DNA of 64,000 nt from Octopus vulgaris (GCA_951406725.2 OX597814.1:170810001-170874000); one strand, 5' to 3'. Positions 12,333-26,702 are shown, numbered from the stretch's first letter. A program made the numbers and translations. The notes: generated by a model from the sequence alone, not told the origin.

Positions 12333-12909
12333 TATTTGTACTCTTTACCTTCTTAGTTCAAATCCTACCAGGCCAACATTTAGTGTCTGTCTTTCCAAAA
12401 TCAATGACATAACATACCAGTATAGTACCTCTTTACAACAGCAGAATTGCCAGGGCATGAGGTAATATGCCTTTCCCACTGATAATTTGAATGTTGCATT
12501 ATCAGCTTTGCTTCCATTGAGAGCAGTCCAAGAATCAAGGTATAGCTCTTTCCTCTTCTGTGATATTGAGCTGGGTCAAAGGTGAAAGGATCAATAGAAT
12601 GTCTGCTGGCAAAAGCATGTGCAAAGTCATGCCTGAATAACATGACAAGAATAACAGGGAAACAACATTGCTATTATCGTAGGCAACGTGAAGCAATTCA
12701 GAATTATTTTTACTCTAGCTTTAGCAATGATCACTCCAGTTTTTTTCTAAGACTATAAAATGTGATTTGAAAGAGATATTATAGCTTTCTTTGTTAAGCT
12801 GAGTAACAACAAAATTTGGCTTAGCCCATTCGGAGCTACATTATTAATGAAGGATGACTGTTGCAATTACTTTTTCAATTTTTCAATACGATCAAACTGT
12901 TTGAGGAGT

Positions 12910-13140
12910 TTAACCCTTTCGTTACCATATTTCTGTTGAGATGCTCTGTGTTTCTTTCAATTAGTTTTAAATAGAACAAAGAATTTAGTAAAATAACTTG
13001 GTTATCATTAAGCTAGTGTTAGGAACATAAATTGTGTCTAAGGTTTGGTGGAAGATTTTAATTCAGAACTTTTGAAAACAAGACATTTGTACCATAGAGC
13101 CAGGGGCGGTTTAAGGCGGGTTGGAATCAAAAGGATTTAA
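12910..13140. mobile_element. MITE family E
   Basis: TTAAccctttcgttacc...aaaggatTTAA; homologous to 1698-2125 without the nested insert. Confidence 0.8.
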
Positions 13141-14604
13141 AAACTAACATTTTATATCTTAGTTGCTGTTGTTTAATTTCTGGTTAACTCTGATCAAGCA
13201 GGCCTATGATTGAAAGGAATTTCCAGCTATGATTTCCTCGTCTTTTAGTTATTCAAACAGTGTCTGTAGGATTGTGTTATCTAATGTCTTTCCCTCATTT
13301 AGGATGCAATTTGAGAGATACTGAGTTGCTGTTTCTACTGTTTCTAGCAGGTTGAGTGACTACATAGAGCCTCTGGTTGTTGGCTTAAGTACTGCTTATC
13401 TTATGTTGGTACAAATCTCTCATTATGTCATTCATCATATAAAGTTTCGGTCAAGGTTTTAATTTGTTTATGAACACTTCATCATGAGTACTTTAAAGCA
13501 GGTTGACTCTGAGAGGGTTAAACAGGAGGTCCACTATTTTCAAATATAGAAATTTAGGCCTCATGTAATTTGTTGGGGATAGAAGAAAAAAATAAACAGG
13601 GGGAAAAAAACAAACAAAAACAAAACAATAATGGTGGGAGGTGTAATTTTTGTAAATAGCAGATCAGCTGACGTGTATTCTTTGGCATTTGGTGAATAGA
13701 TCATTGAATGGGCTAAGTTTATTTAAAACTGTGTTTAAACTTTAAACAAAGGCATTCAGTCTGTGTAACCTTTGCAAAGGGCTAGTGAGTAAAGATGGGA
13801 TTTAATTTAATTTGCACACTTAGCTTAAAACTAAAACTTTTTAAACTTCCTCACTGAAATGGCAGTGCCATCTATTCCCCCAATATGCCAAGTGCAAACA
13901 GTATAAATGTCTGTCATATGAATGGCATGGCACTAGTTCCAACCAATGTCCTTTCCTTAAATAGTTTTTAATAAAGAAATTCCAGTATTTAGTCATAGCA
14001 AAATAAATACCAAAGATAGGAGGTGAAGGGGAAATAAATACAGCATTTTTTATCTTTTTTTTTGGTAAGATATAGAATGATAATGGTTTCTCACATTGGC
14101 TTGTACTGGTAAAAGACAAAAAAATTACAGGTGGAAGTAGGGTAGATGAGTAGAGTGTAGTTCAGTACACAACTGGTACTTACTTATTGGCCCTGAAAGG
14201 ATAAGGAGCCAAAGTGTACACTTGTAGAATTTGAACACAATATCCACTCTTCATCCATCCATTAATACTGTTCACTCTATCCACACTTCCATTGACCGTT
14301 TCCCCAATGAGTCAACAATTATCCCCACACACACCACTATACATTCCTCACCACCATCAGGCACTAAGCCTGCTTCTATTTTCCCACCTACTCCTGCAAT
14401 TCAACCAACATCATCCCTCTCTTGTCCTTCTCCTGTCTACTCTAGATCCTATCATTCAATCGCTCTCACCCTCTCTTCTAAAATGTAAGTAGTCGTGTAG
14501 TTCCTCTACAGCAAGAAGCCATCTCTCATATTTTTTTATCCATCCTTAGCCCCTCATCTTCAATCCCCAACAACTCTTTGATCATAACTTACCTTCAGTC
14601 AAGG

Positions 14605-14835
14605 ATACCTATTTCTTTATTACCCACAAGGGGCTAAACATAGAGGGGACAAACATGGACAGACATAGGTATTAAGTCAATTATATCGACCCCAGTGCGT
14701 AACTGGTACTTAATTTATCGACCCTGAAAGGATGAAAGGCAAAGTCGTCCTCAGCGGAATTTGAACTCACAACGTAACGCAGACGAAATACCGCTAAGCA
14801 TTTCGCCTGGCGTGCTAATGTTTCTGCCACTCACC
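14605..14835 (-). mobile_element. SINE family B, young subtype (tail ccccttgtgggtaataaagaaatagg)
   Basis: Near-identical to 33958-34190, 44068-44297 and 46553-46777. Confidence 0.85.
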
Positions 14836-16215
14836 TCACTCCAGCCAAAAATCAACTTTCTTGGTAACTTCAATATTCACTATACAACATGGCTCTCATG
14901 ATCATCTTATATTCACACCACTGGTACAGAAACTGAAACATTTGCAATTTTTAGCTCTTGCTCTCTATATCTCTCTCCCTGTATGTGTGTGTGTGTGTGT
15001 GTGTGTACACACACAAACACATACTGAAAATCATAAAGGTATTGAAATTGTGAAGATTTTTGGTTGCTAACTGATGAGGAGTGAGCATGACTATGTCCTT
15101 TGTGTTTTTTTAGTTTTCTGTATGTTCCACTGTCATCTTTCCATACAACTGTTTACTGTCTGTCTATCTATTGATAGACAGACATATACATATATATATA
15201 CACACACACACACACACATTTATGCATGTATGTGTATATAACCACACACACATATATACATATCATACATTCAAATATTCATATATATATACCCATACAT
15301 ATTTATGCATACATACATGTGTGTGTGTAATAGCATTCAGATTCATCATATTTGCAACATAGTCATGTTCTACTTTGTGAAAACATGACTGAGCAAGAGC
15401 ATGTATGTTTAGAGTGAAGTATATTTTCTACAAGTCTAATCACCAGCTCTGAAAAAATCAAGTAACCTCTGGCTATTGTGTGCTTGATAGATTCGAGGAG
15501 GATCTACTTAACTGTTGCTACCAAGTTGGTTTTAGGAAGCTTAACTTCTTCAGTTGTACCCATAGTATTTGGACACATTGAAGATAAAACACTTAAAGAC
15601 ATATAGCCACAACCACACATAGCAACATATAACGGTATAACTACACACAACTACAAATCTACACAAAACCATATTTGATATTTCAGATAAACTATTAAAT
15701 ATATTGACCTCTCTTACACACATATACTTTCATCATTACTTCCACACATATGTATCAGGTACTGTTCAACTTCAATTATATTTTCCAAATGAACATAAAA
15801 AAAAGCCCCTATTCTTATACCAATATTGCACTTTGGATGATTTATAAACTAAGAAAATATTCCTGCAATATCACAGAAAATATGATAATAATTCTGGTTT
15901 CCAACACAGATATAAGGCCACACAATTTTGGCAGAAATGTAGTCGATTTAATTACTCTCCAACTTGACTGCCATATATATATTTCGAACCTCAGATGGGT
16001 GGATGGAAAAGTTGGCCTCACTGGGATTTGAATTTAGAACATAAAGGGATAGAACTCAATACATGGTGCTGTCGAGGTGTCGAAGAGGGCCCTCAAGGTA
16101 TAAAAATGTGAACAGAAATGAGTGATAATAAAACAAAGAAGATGGGTGGCAGTTGTAAAAGTATACAAGGAGAAAGGCATTTTGTCTAGTGCCCTTCTGG
16201 TGCTGCTGTCATTAG

Positions 16216-16560
16216 TCCCACTGGCATTTAAACTGGCCATGTTCAACCCCCCAAATTCTTCTTGTTCTATGTTCAAACTGGCCAGATCTATCATTCTAAA
16301 AATAAATTCAAATCACTAAAACCCACAGCTATGAAATATTATCATCATCATTGTTTAATGTCTACCTTCAACGCTGGCATGCGTTGGATGGTTTGACAAG
16401 AACTGGTTAGGCAGGAGCCTGCACCAAACTTCTGTGTCTGTTTTGGCAGGGTTTTACAGTTGGATGCCTTTCCTAACACCAACCATCCAGCATGATTAAT
16501 TCAAAACAATGTGAATGAATTAATATTGTATTTGACAGAGTAACTGGAATGCTAATAACT
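16216..16560. mobile_element. MITE family F remnant interrupted by an RTE-tail repeat (~16342-16490)
   Basis: gcatttaaactggcc...ttcaaactggccagatct...catgattaattcaaaacaatgtgaat matches family F in reverse; the insert carries tggatgcc(c)ttcctaac and (CAT)n. Confidence 0.6.
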
Positions 16561-17542
16561 CAATATTTATTATTTTTTTTGTAAAGACTGAAGGCCTAAT
16601 TTGCATGGAATAATGGTGTCATAGTTAATTGAATGAATCGGCAAAAACAGTTTCAAGAAAAAAGCTAGAGAAAAAAAAATCATCGTATATACATGAGCAG
16701 TATTATCTGTTTAATTACTGATCATTATTAATGGTATATAAATAATGGTCTCTTGTCAACCACAGCCAACCTAAGCTAGTTTCAGCTGCCATACCTATCT
16801 GCTTGGTGGCTTTCTTCTGACGTCTGGATTCCAGACAAGTCTACTATTGGAAATAGTATACAGGGAAGCCAATAAAAAATTCTGCAAATCCCTAACAATA
16901 AATAGTTACTATGCCATGAATTAGTTGATAAAATCTACTTCAGTAGCTAAGTGGAATTTCATTCTTATCAATTCTGGAATGATAAAAACTCCAAGGCCTA
17001 CTTAGCAACACACACAGACACAAGACAAGACAGGCTTCTCTCAGCTACCAAATCCACTCACAAGGTTTTGGTGGGTTCGGGCTTTAGTAGATGATACGTG
17101 CCCAAGATGCCATACAGAGAGATTGAACCTAGAACCGTGTGGTTGGGAAGTAAACTTCTTCAGACACAACCACATCTTTGCTTATGATGTCTTTAATTAT
17201 AGATCTGCTTGAACAGACCCAACCTGGAGGTCAACAACAGTTTCTTTCATGGTTTAATGAAGATTCTATAATTGCAAATGTAAAAATATTTCTACCAATG
17301 ATTATAAAGTTATCAATGACATTATTGTTTTTCATTTTTGGCTCAGCTAACACAGTAGAACTGTCGCAGGTGAAGAAATGATCGACAATTAGAAAAGACT
17401 TGTTGAAAAGGCTGAAAAAGTTATATAGATAAATATGTCATATATAAATATATATGCACTATAAATGCACACACTATATATAATACACATACATACATAC
17501 ACACAATTCAAGAGCATAGAAAAGCAAAAACACTAGTAATTA

Positions 17543-18034
<492 letters not shown>

Positions 18035-18672
18035 TTATATCTCCCTGACACCCTCTCCTCAGGGCTTAACTGGCTTTTCTGAACTCTAACCTCAGAGAAA
18101 TGAAAAGATAGACAAACACAGCAGGATTTAAACTCAAAATCTTATGGAAAAAAAAAAAAAAATTACATAAGTAAATGCCATAAGATAGTCTTATTTGTTG
18201 TCCTTTTAATTCTAGCACTAAAATATTTTAATAATTAGTTCTTTATTTACAACAAAAGCAATGAATGAAGAGGGGGGATATTATAAAGACAGGTAGTAAA
18301 AATCATTGAGGAGGAGGGTTACGTCAAGTGAGAAGAAAATATGCAGGTGTTGTAAAGGAAAATATATAGAATATATATTATCCTCATTATCATCATTTAA
18401 TGCCTGGCTTCCATACTGGCCACCCAGGGCAAAATAGGGCAGTCTAGCATTATATAATTCACTTCAACATTAACGCAAGTGAACCTTCTGATTTTGATGT
18501 CTGAAGCAGAAGGCACGAGGTTTTGAGAGGATGGTGCATTGTCAGTTATATCAACTTCCAATGCTCGACTGGCAGTTTATTTTATTGGTCCCCAGAGAAG
18601 TTAAAAGCATAAACCTCAATATAAAGGGACATAACTATAATTAACATGGCTTTTGAATGTTGTGTTTCATGT

Positions 18673-18744
18673 ATTCACCTGATGAAAATGCTTTTTTCTA
18701 ATGATGTCTCTATTAAAAATTTGTTGGAAACAGCTGTAGTGAAT
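18673..18744 (+). ncRNA. Type I hammerhead-ribozyme-like motif (Penelope-type, palindromic helix III)
   Basis: attcac-CTGATGA-[41 nt]-GAAA-cagctg-TA-gtgaat: perfect 6-bp helix I, intact core boxes, palindromic ACAGCTGT helix III; base of helix II degenerate. Confidence 0.6.
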
Positions 18745-19898
18745 TGACACATTATCCACCTGTTATCTATTTATATATACTTGATCAATTAACAGTTGAA
18801 TGAGTCACACTCATGTCATACTTTTGACAGAATCATCCAGGTTCATTGCTTCACCAATTACACTACACTGTACCTATAGTAAATACACTTAAAACCTGCT
18901 CAGGCTACACTTGTCTAGCAGTAAATTGTAACTACGGAAGCTTCATACAAAGACTTTTAACTGGCAAGTTTAAGTTATTTCTTCACCCTCATACACATAA
19001 TATTTTATCCAGAAAGCAATTTATAATACCCATCCTTGACTAAATGATAAAATGGATGCAAAAGAAAACAGTGATTACTTATATATGCATATCTGTACAA
19101 TGATGCATATAAACACAGCTAATACAATTGAGATATGTCACACCATAGACTGAAATAAACAAACATATATATGTAATTTTACACACACACACACTCGTAC
19201 ATCCATATAAATGCAGAAAGCTACCATATGATTAGAAGTGGCTATCGATATAGTCTCATTATTTATACATAATTAACTGCTGAAAAATAACATTGATTAA
19301 GTATAAATAAATAAAGCAGCTGATCTAATCAAATACCAAAGGTTACTATTAAGGAAAGAATAAAAGATTTTGGCCACTAATTTCTGATGAGAAACATGTG
19401 CACATTACAATCACAATTTTAAAGTTTGACAAGAATCAACTAATTAATAGTCATGTAACACACACACACACACACACACAGAGCATTAATTTTTCCATGC
19501 TAGTAAAATATGTTTATTTAATTGGTTTTAGATGATCTTCCTTATGCTTACCAACCGTACTACTATAAAATGCTTGAGCTAATGAGAAAGCCTCTAAATG
19601 GTTGTGTGCCCTGCTAGAAATAGCAGCCAAATCTCCCTCATATAACACTACCCTATAAAAAGATAAGGACACAGAATAATGTAGTCCTTGACACATACTT
19701 GAGAAACAAAAATGAAGTTTATGTTCACACCTGAAACGCCTTAGATTTGAAGTCCTCTCAATGAGATCTTTATCTGAACTTATAAACATAAACCACAACC
19801 ACAAAAATGGGAGTGAAACTGAAAATCTTTTTACTTTTTTAAATTTACACTGCTTTTATCATTTAGATAGGCTTTTCAAAGGAGCACAATATAATGAC

Positions 19899-20275
19899 TA
19901 CCACGAAGTTTAGCCCTTTGTTCTGGTGGCTTACGTGCCTTGATGACCCTGAGAGCAATGCCAATGGAGCAAAAGCACCTTCTAGAACTTTCTATGCAGG
20001 AAAGGTCAAATGATAGACCAATATAGACTACATCTTCCCAGAGGCAAAAATGGGTTTGCATTGTGTTGATATCCCTAAAAAAGTTACAGAGGCACCAATG
20101 AAAACTCAACCAACTAGACATAGCAGAGGAAGGTTTTCCCTCAGGAAAACATGAGACAGTTGGAGAAACAGGGATCCAGTTGAAGAGAAGAAGAGAACTC
20201 AGCCCAGGATCAAGAACAAAGGAGAAAAGTTGTTGATGGCCTATGCTCCATAGGGAGTAAAATGCTTAGGTAAGT
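19899..20275 (+). mobile_element. Short non-autonomous RTE derivative (5' end fused to 3' end) with 13-bp TSD
   Basis: Direct repeat ACAATATAATGAC at 19886-19898 and 20276-20288; RTE-like 5' motif ggtggcttacgtgcc..atgaccctgagagc; RTE-like 3' end gcccaggat...gatggcctatgctcca...taagt. Confidence 0.65.
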
Positions 20276-21251
20276 ACAATATAATGACCAAAGTAAACTC
20301 CTGATCACAGCGTGTAGTTCAGCATCATCACTATTTAACATTAAGAGAGAGAGACACAGACAAACAGAGAGAGCAGGAGGGCCTCAACACCTATTTCAAT
20401 CACTGTCTGTAATTTCTAAACATTTGCAAATACAGATAAGACCTACGATCCAAATAAACTGGTATTTATTTGGATCTTAGACTGATATTATAAACTGGTA
20501 TTAAACTGGAATAAATTACAATGGAACACTAATCTATGACTCTCACAAATATGTGCCATTTGAGGGATAGACTTCTAGTGGGGGTGAGTCCAGAAGCAAG
20601 GAAGCCAAGCAGATACACAAAATTCACATTTATTAGCATAGATTTCAAGTCTACTCAAATCAGCCCTTATTATGTTCTATAAGACAGATTGGTCATGGTT
20701 GGAAGGACTCTGGTTACAAATCTACTTAAATCAGAGACGACATGAAGCCAAACAAGAATGGCTACACATACACACACACACAACAGTGCTTTGGCATACT
20801 GACAACTGTAATGGCATATGAGAAAACTTTCTGACTCAACACATCTCCATTCAAACTTCTGTAGAGCCACTCATGGTTGTCTCCACAAAAGAAACAAAAC
20901 ATTAACAGCCAGAAGCCTCTAAATGTGTTTGTATGTAAATGCAATCATACATCACATAGTCAGAGCAAAAAAGAATAGAAGTGTATACTCTACTGAACAC
21001 ACACAAACACAAAATGAAGGAAAACATAAAAAAGTCAAATTAAGCCTTTCATATACACGGAGAACAATATAAAACAGAATAATGAAAACAAAACAATAAT
21101 ACATACACATACACACACAAAACCCCCAAATATGTAGGCAAATACATATTTGCAGAAATATTTTCTGGCAAGAAAAATCCCAATGACAACAAATACAATA
21201 AAAAAAAAAAAGGGAAAAAATATATTTTAAAAAAGACCAGAGACTACTTCA

Positions 21252-21264
21252 AATAATAATAATG

Positions 21265-21316
<52 letters not shown>

Positions 21317-21326
21317 TAATAATAAT
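21252..21326. repeat. (TAA)n microsatellite immediately downstream of the exon donor at 21345
   Basis: Seen directly. Confidence 0.95.
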
Positions 21327-21345
21327 AGACACCACAGATTCTAAC

Positions 21346-21536
21346 CTGGCATCTAAAAATCTGGATCGTAATATCATAACTGCTTCACATGTGCTTTGTT
21401 TCAACTGCATCTCAATTGCAGCAAATTTTTTCCGAATTATGCTAACCATCCGTTCTATTTCTTTCGGAGCAATTGGACGAGTGCGACTTTGCTCCCGTAG
21501 TAAATTTATTACATGACTGGTAAATTCATTACACGC
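21346..21536 (-). CDS. Pbx: Pbx/extradenticle coding exon (PBC-B); equivalent to PBX1 exon 4
   Basis: Translates [63 protein letters not shown](R). Acceptor tgttgcag, donor AG|gttaga. 191 bp, phase 0 to phase 2, in frame with both neighbouring exons. Confidence 0.97.
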
Positions 21537-21679
21537 CTGCAACAGATGTAAGAAAATAATGAAAATTAGATATAAAATTTTAAAAAAATAAACATATAAA
21601 ACTATAAGGGTAAATTTTAAAACTTTTTCATGCTTTCAAATATGCGTGTTAATTTAAGAAAAAAAAAAGGTGCTTAACT

Positions 21680-22490
21680 GATATTTATTGTATCCACTCC
21701 AAAATGATGAAAGGCAAAATTGATCTCAGAGGAATTTGAACATCTAAGGTAAATAACCAGAGAAAATGCTTCTATGCATTTTTCTGACACTCTAACAATT
21801 TGACAAATCCATTGAATAATAATGGTTTAAAATTTTGCTACAAGGGGCAGAAATTTTGGGGAAGGAGACAAGTCGATTACATTGAACCCAGTGTTCAATT
21901 GGTGCTTATTTTATCGACTCCAAAAGGATTAAAGGCAAAGTCAACCTTGGCAGAATTTGAACTCAGAACGTAGTGACAAGTGAAATACTACTGAGCATTT
22001 CGCTCAGTGTGTTAACAATTCTGCCAGCTAATAATAATAATAATAATAATGATAATAACAACAACAACAATAATGGTTTCAAATTTTGCCACAAAGGCAG
22101 CCATTTTGGGGAGGGGAGGAGTTGATTACATCAAGCCCAGAGTTCAACTGGTACTTAATTTATTGACCCTGAAAAGAAAAATAGCAAAGTCGACCTTTGA
22201 ACTCAGATCGGAACGACAGGTGAAATACTGCTAAGCATTTTATCAAGCATGCTAACGAATCTGCCAGCTAATAATAATAATGGTTTCAAAATTTGAAACA
22301 AGGCCAGTAACTTTTGGAGAGGGAGCAAAATCAATTACATCAACACCAGTGCTCGACTGGTACTTGTTTTATCAACCCTGAAAGGAGGAAAAGCAGAGTT
22401 GACCCTGGCGGCATTTGAATTCAGAAAGATGGACAAAATGCTGCTAAGCATTTTGTCCAGTGTGCCAACAATTCTGCCAAACCCTGAGTA
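21680..22490 (-). mobile_element. Head-to-tail SINE family B array (~4 copies) with (TAA)n spacers
   Basis: Repeated ggtttcaaaattttg..acaagg / aaaggcaaagtc / gaatttgaactcagaa / gctaagcattt motifs. Confidence 0.8.
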
Positions 22491-23181
22491 CATACGAACA
22501 AAGTACTTTTGGCTCAACTTGTTACAGAATTAAATAACAGCTTTGGAAAAGAACATTTATTTCTTTTCTAACATCTATTTTCAGTTAGGTGAAATAATAG
22601 TAAAGTGATGTAAGCTAAGCAGTATGAGGCAGTTTGTAAGTTGCTCTATCAAATAAGGATTTCTTTTATTGCTCTCAATGGCCCCATGACATTGGGGGCA
22701 ACACAAAGATCCCAACGATGAAGTATACACCCTCCAGCCCCAAACAGAAACACCAAAAAGAAGAAATGGCAAGAGATTTAGACTGAGTAAAAGGATGTAC
22801 TCAACAAAATAATAAAGACTCAGATAGATAGAGAGTAGTGGTTACAGATTTTGCCACAAGGCTGGCAATTTTTAGTGGGAGGGGGTAAGTTAATTACATT
22901 AACGCCAGTATTTGACTGGTACTTTATTTTATCAGTCCCAAGAAGATAAAAGGCAAAGTTGACCTCAGTAGGATTTGAACACAAAATGCAGAGAGCCAGA
23001 TGATATGCAACTAAGCATTTTGTTTGACACATTAATGATTCTGCCAGCGCACAGCCTTAATAAATAGATAATAATAATAAATTGCAATACGGAACGATAT
23101 CTCACATTGGCATTGGGGAGAAGGTTAGTCAATTAAATTGACCCAGCACGTGCCTTGATTTGGCTGACTCCAGAGGAATAA

Positions 23182-23815
23182 AAGATTAACAGATAACTCC
23201 TTTTGATAATGAGGCACATGCTAAACTAATCTTGTTAACAGAAGAAAAAAAAAAGGGTCTTTATGTTGTTTATTAGTTACAGTTCAATTAACATGAGAGA
23301 TATGCCAACAAACCATACAAAATGCTTTAGAATCACATTATTATCACGTGGGAAGGCTTTTACAGGAAGGCAAAGTTAAACACTTGAAAGATTTTGATGT
23401 AATGAAAATAATTTTTATATGAAATTAAATGGTAAATAAACAAATTTATAAAATAAACCCACTACTAAAAGATGAAAGAAAGAGGAGTAATCTAGTTATA
23501 AAAGGCAATTATATAGTTGAGATTGAAGGTGTAATTTACAAGATGATAGATAATAGCAATTTTAATATATGTTAACAGGAGCACACTTGCAGCATGTAGA
23601 ATGGGGTGATGGGCAGTCTTATAATAGATGTGCAACACAGCAATAAAATATCGCACACTAATCATGTATCCTAAGGAAAGGATAGAAGAATCAGGGGTAA
23701 ATTATGTCCATAAGGGATGGAAGATGGGTATAGTTTTGTAGAGGAGTTGAAGTTGCGAAAGGAAACAGGTGATTTCTATTATAGTTTCAAGGTGGAAAAT
23801 TATCGTTAGCAGGAA
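23182..23815. repeat. Diverged non-coding duplicated block, copy 1
   Basis: Colinear similarity to 45193-45890 (e.g. cttgttaacaga, gtctttatgttgtttatt, ccaacaaaccatacaaaatgctttaga, attgaaggtgtaattta, ttgcagcatgtagaa, taatagatgtgcaaca). Confidence 0.85.
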
Positions 23816-23974
23816 ACAATTATAATCATTAGATGTGAACTCTCTGTACCCTTTTCGTATTTTATGATTTCAAATTCAGACTTCAATTTCCACCTTGTGC
23901 AGTGAGGAGATTGTTATTTCCCTTTATACTGGTGGCTATCCAGAGGGCTCAAACAGTGCAAAATTAGGTACTAT

Positions 23975-24366
23975 AGGCGTAGGAGTGGCTGTGTGGTAAG
24001 TAGCTTGCTTACCAACCACATGGTTTCGGGTTCAGTCCCACAATGTAGCAGCTTGGGCAAATGTCTTCTACTATAGCCTCGGGCCGACCAAAGCCTTGTG
24101 AGTGGGTTTGGTAGACGGAAACTGAAAGAAGCCTGTTGTATATATGTGTATATGTATATATGTTTGTGTATCTGTGTTTGTCCCCCCAATATCGCTTGAT
24201 AACCGATGCTGGAGTGTTTACGCCACCGTAACTTAGTGGTTCGGCAAAAGAGACTGATAGAATAAGTACTAGGCTTACAGAGAATGTCTTGGGGTTGATT
24301 TGCTCAACTAAAGGTGGTGCTCCAGCATGGCCACAGTCAAATGACTGAAAAAAGTAAAAAAGAGAA
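23975..24366 (+). mobile_element. SINE family A, full length
   Basis: tRNA-like head ggcgtaggagtggctgtgtggtaag...gggttcagtccca; CORE-like cttgggcaaatgtc; tail gactgaaaaaagtaaaa. Confidence 0.85.
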
Positions 24367-25944
24367 ATAAACTCCTAAATTCTGCCAGCTTCCCTCTTAA
24401 TAATAATTCTTTCTAATTTTTGGCACAAGGCCAGCAATTTTCAAGGGAATAAGTAGTTGATTACATTGCACAACCAGTATTAATTTCATTGAACCTAAAA
24501 CAATGAAAGGCAAAGCTGGCCTTAGTGGAATTTGAACTTAGAATGTAAAGCCAGAAGAAATGCCACTAAGCATTTTGTCCAGTTCAGCATAGCAACAATT
24601 CTGGTAGCTCGTTGCTACCAGAATAATAGAAAAAGTCGACCCCAGCGGCATTTGAACTCAGAATGTACCGACAAAATGCCTAAGCATTTTGCCCAGTGCA
24701 GTAATAATTCTGCCAGCTTGCTGTCTTAAATCAGGGATACATATGAAGAATACTTTTGGATTATTCTGCAATTAAATACCTACTTTGGAAAGGAACTGGA
24801 ATCTATCAGTTATGCAGAATAACAAATGTTCAATTTAACAAGACCATAAAATACCAGGTGCACCAGCAAGTTTTGAACTCATAACTTTGTGGTTCAGTCA
24901 TATCCCAGTGTCTTAAATCCTAAAGTCAGCTGGAATTCTAGTGTTATAAAATCTGATAGAATTTAGTTTGAATGGTGGCATAAGGTAAGAAATGGTAGAA
25001 GAACCATCTAAAGTAATTAGGACAATAATGACATGGAAATATCTAAAATGGAATATAGGAAGTGACTTTCATGGGAGAGGTAATGAAATGTAATTTATAT
25101 CAATTCAAGCATAGAGCTAGTGTGCTTTTATTCTTATAGATTATCTCATCTCAGATATCCAATTTCAGAAAATTCTAATGGTGCCGACTGCAGTCCAAAT
25201 TCAACGGAGTGGAATATACCCACCCAACATTAGCAGTTAGCTAAGCACAATCAAATATCTTGTAATTCTAAACTTGCTTCAATTTGACAAATACTTTTAT
25301 TAAAAGTTTTATATTTCGAAGGTTAGGAAACTTATAAATAATGGTTTGAAAATTTATGAAAGGAAAACAGAGAATAAAATTGCAAAGCCATCATATAATA
25401 ATATTTATCTTTAACTATATTTGTTGCAACTGGTTAAATTGATAGTATGTATACTTCTAGATTTTATCCCTGGTACTGTGCAGTATTCAAAGACAGTTCA
25501 TTTCTTAACAAGTACTTAAGTTGAAACAAGAAACAGCTACACTAATACAAAACATGAGCCAACAAAAGAGTTTTTTAAGTGCTAGAAACAGCAACCAAAT
25601 CTTTCCCAAATTAAACTAAACACTATCTTCAAAATGGAAAGGACAGATTAAATAATGTAATCACAGATATATCAATAAAGGTGTGAAGGTCACAGTTGAA
25701 ACTTTATTTTTTGTTTTACTTAGAGCTGCTTGATCAAAACTGATTAAGATGTGGACAATATGTGTGGATGTATGTATGCATACGTAATTATATGTATATT
25801 ATTAGTGTATTTGCACAAATGTATATGTGAGAGGGCTGTGGTCCCAAAGCCTATATTTGCCTTCACCCTCTCCACCATATCTTATCAACCAGTTGGTCAC
25901 CTTCCTTCTTTCACTCATCTCCCTTTTGGTGTCTATTTTAATTT

Positions 25945-26160
25945 AAATAGACACCGTCGCAGGTGAGCTGCAAGATGCAGGAGGAAAGAGTGAAAGTTGT
26001 GGCGAAAGAGTCGGCAGAAGTTCACCTTTACCTTCTGCCAGAGCTTCGTGGAGCTTAGGTGTTTCGCTAATAAACACACACATCGCCCGGTCTGAGATTC
26101 AAACCCGTGATCCCTCGACCGCGAGTCCGCTGCTCTAACCACTACGCTATGTGCCTCCAC
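25945..26160 (-). mobile_element. tRNA(Arg)-like SINE
   Basis: Minus strand gtggaggcacatagcgtagtggttagagcagcggactcgcggtcgagggatcacgggtttgaatctc with A and B boxes, followed by a non-tRNA body ending cctgcgacgg. Confidence 0.75.
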
Positions 26161-26702
26161 TATACGTGTATGCGGATGTGTGCATGTGTGTGTAGAACTG
26201 TGCATACACATACAGGAGTTAGTGTGCCTGTAAGGATGTGTCAGAGGTCAGTAGGTAGGTAGCTGAAGAAGCCATAAATAAAAAGAGACAAAGAGAAAAC
26301 AAGATAAGCAAGAGACAGAGAGTATTAAATTGCTGTCAGAGACAGTAACATGTTCAGTGTCAATTCCTTTGATTGCATGTGTATTAGAGTATGTATATGC
26401 ATGTGTGACTATATGGTATGGAGATTATATATGTATGTGTGTGCGTGTGTGCATGTTTGTCTATGATGTTTGTCCTTCAACACCATTTAACAGGTGTTGG
26501 TTTGTTTATGTTCCTGTAAATCAGTAGATCAGCAAAAGAGGCTGATAAAATAAGTACCATGTTTAAGAAACAAAATGGAGTTGATTTGTTTAATTAAAAC
26601 CCTTCAAGGGAGTGCCCCAGCGTGATCATAGTCCAATGACTGAAAGAAGTTGTTTATCTATCCCTCTATCTATACATAAATATATATAACATATAATACA
26701 TA

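Noticed and set aside
14231-14488. Pro/Ser/Thr-rich mucin-like ORF
   Set aside because: Pyrimidine-rich decayed repeat; nearby sequence resembles 26850-27000 and 31990-32180, and there is no splice or codon support.
15071-15110. CTGATGA-gga...tcc as a hammerhead
   Set aside because: Not followed by GAAA, and there is no helix I partner.
26085-26160. tRNA-Arg gene
   Set aside because: The acceptor stem does not close and the sequence continues into a SINE body; it is a SINE head.
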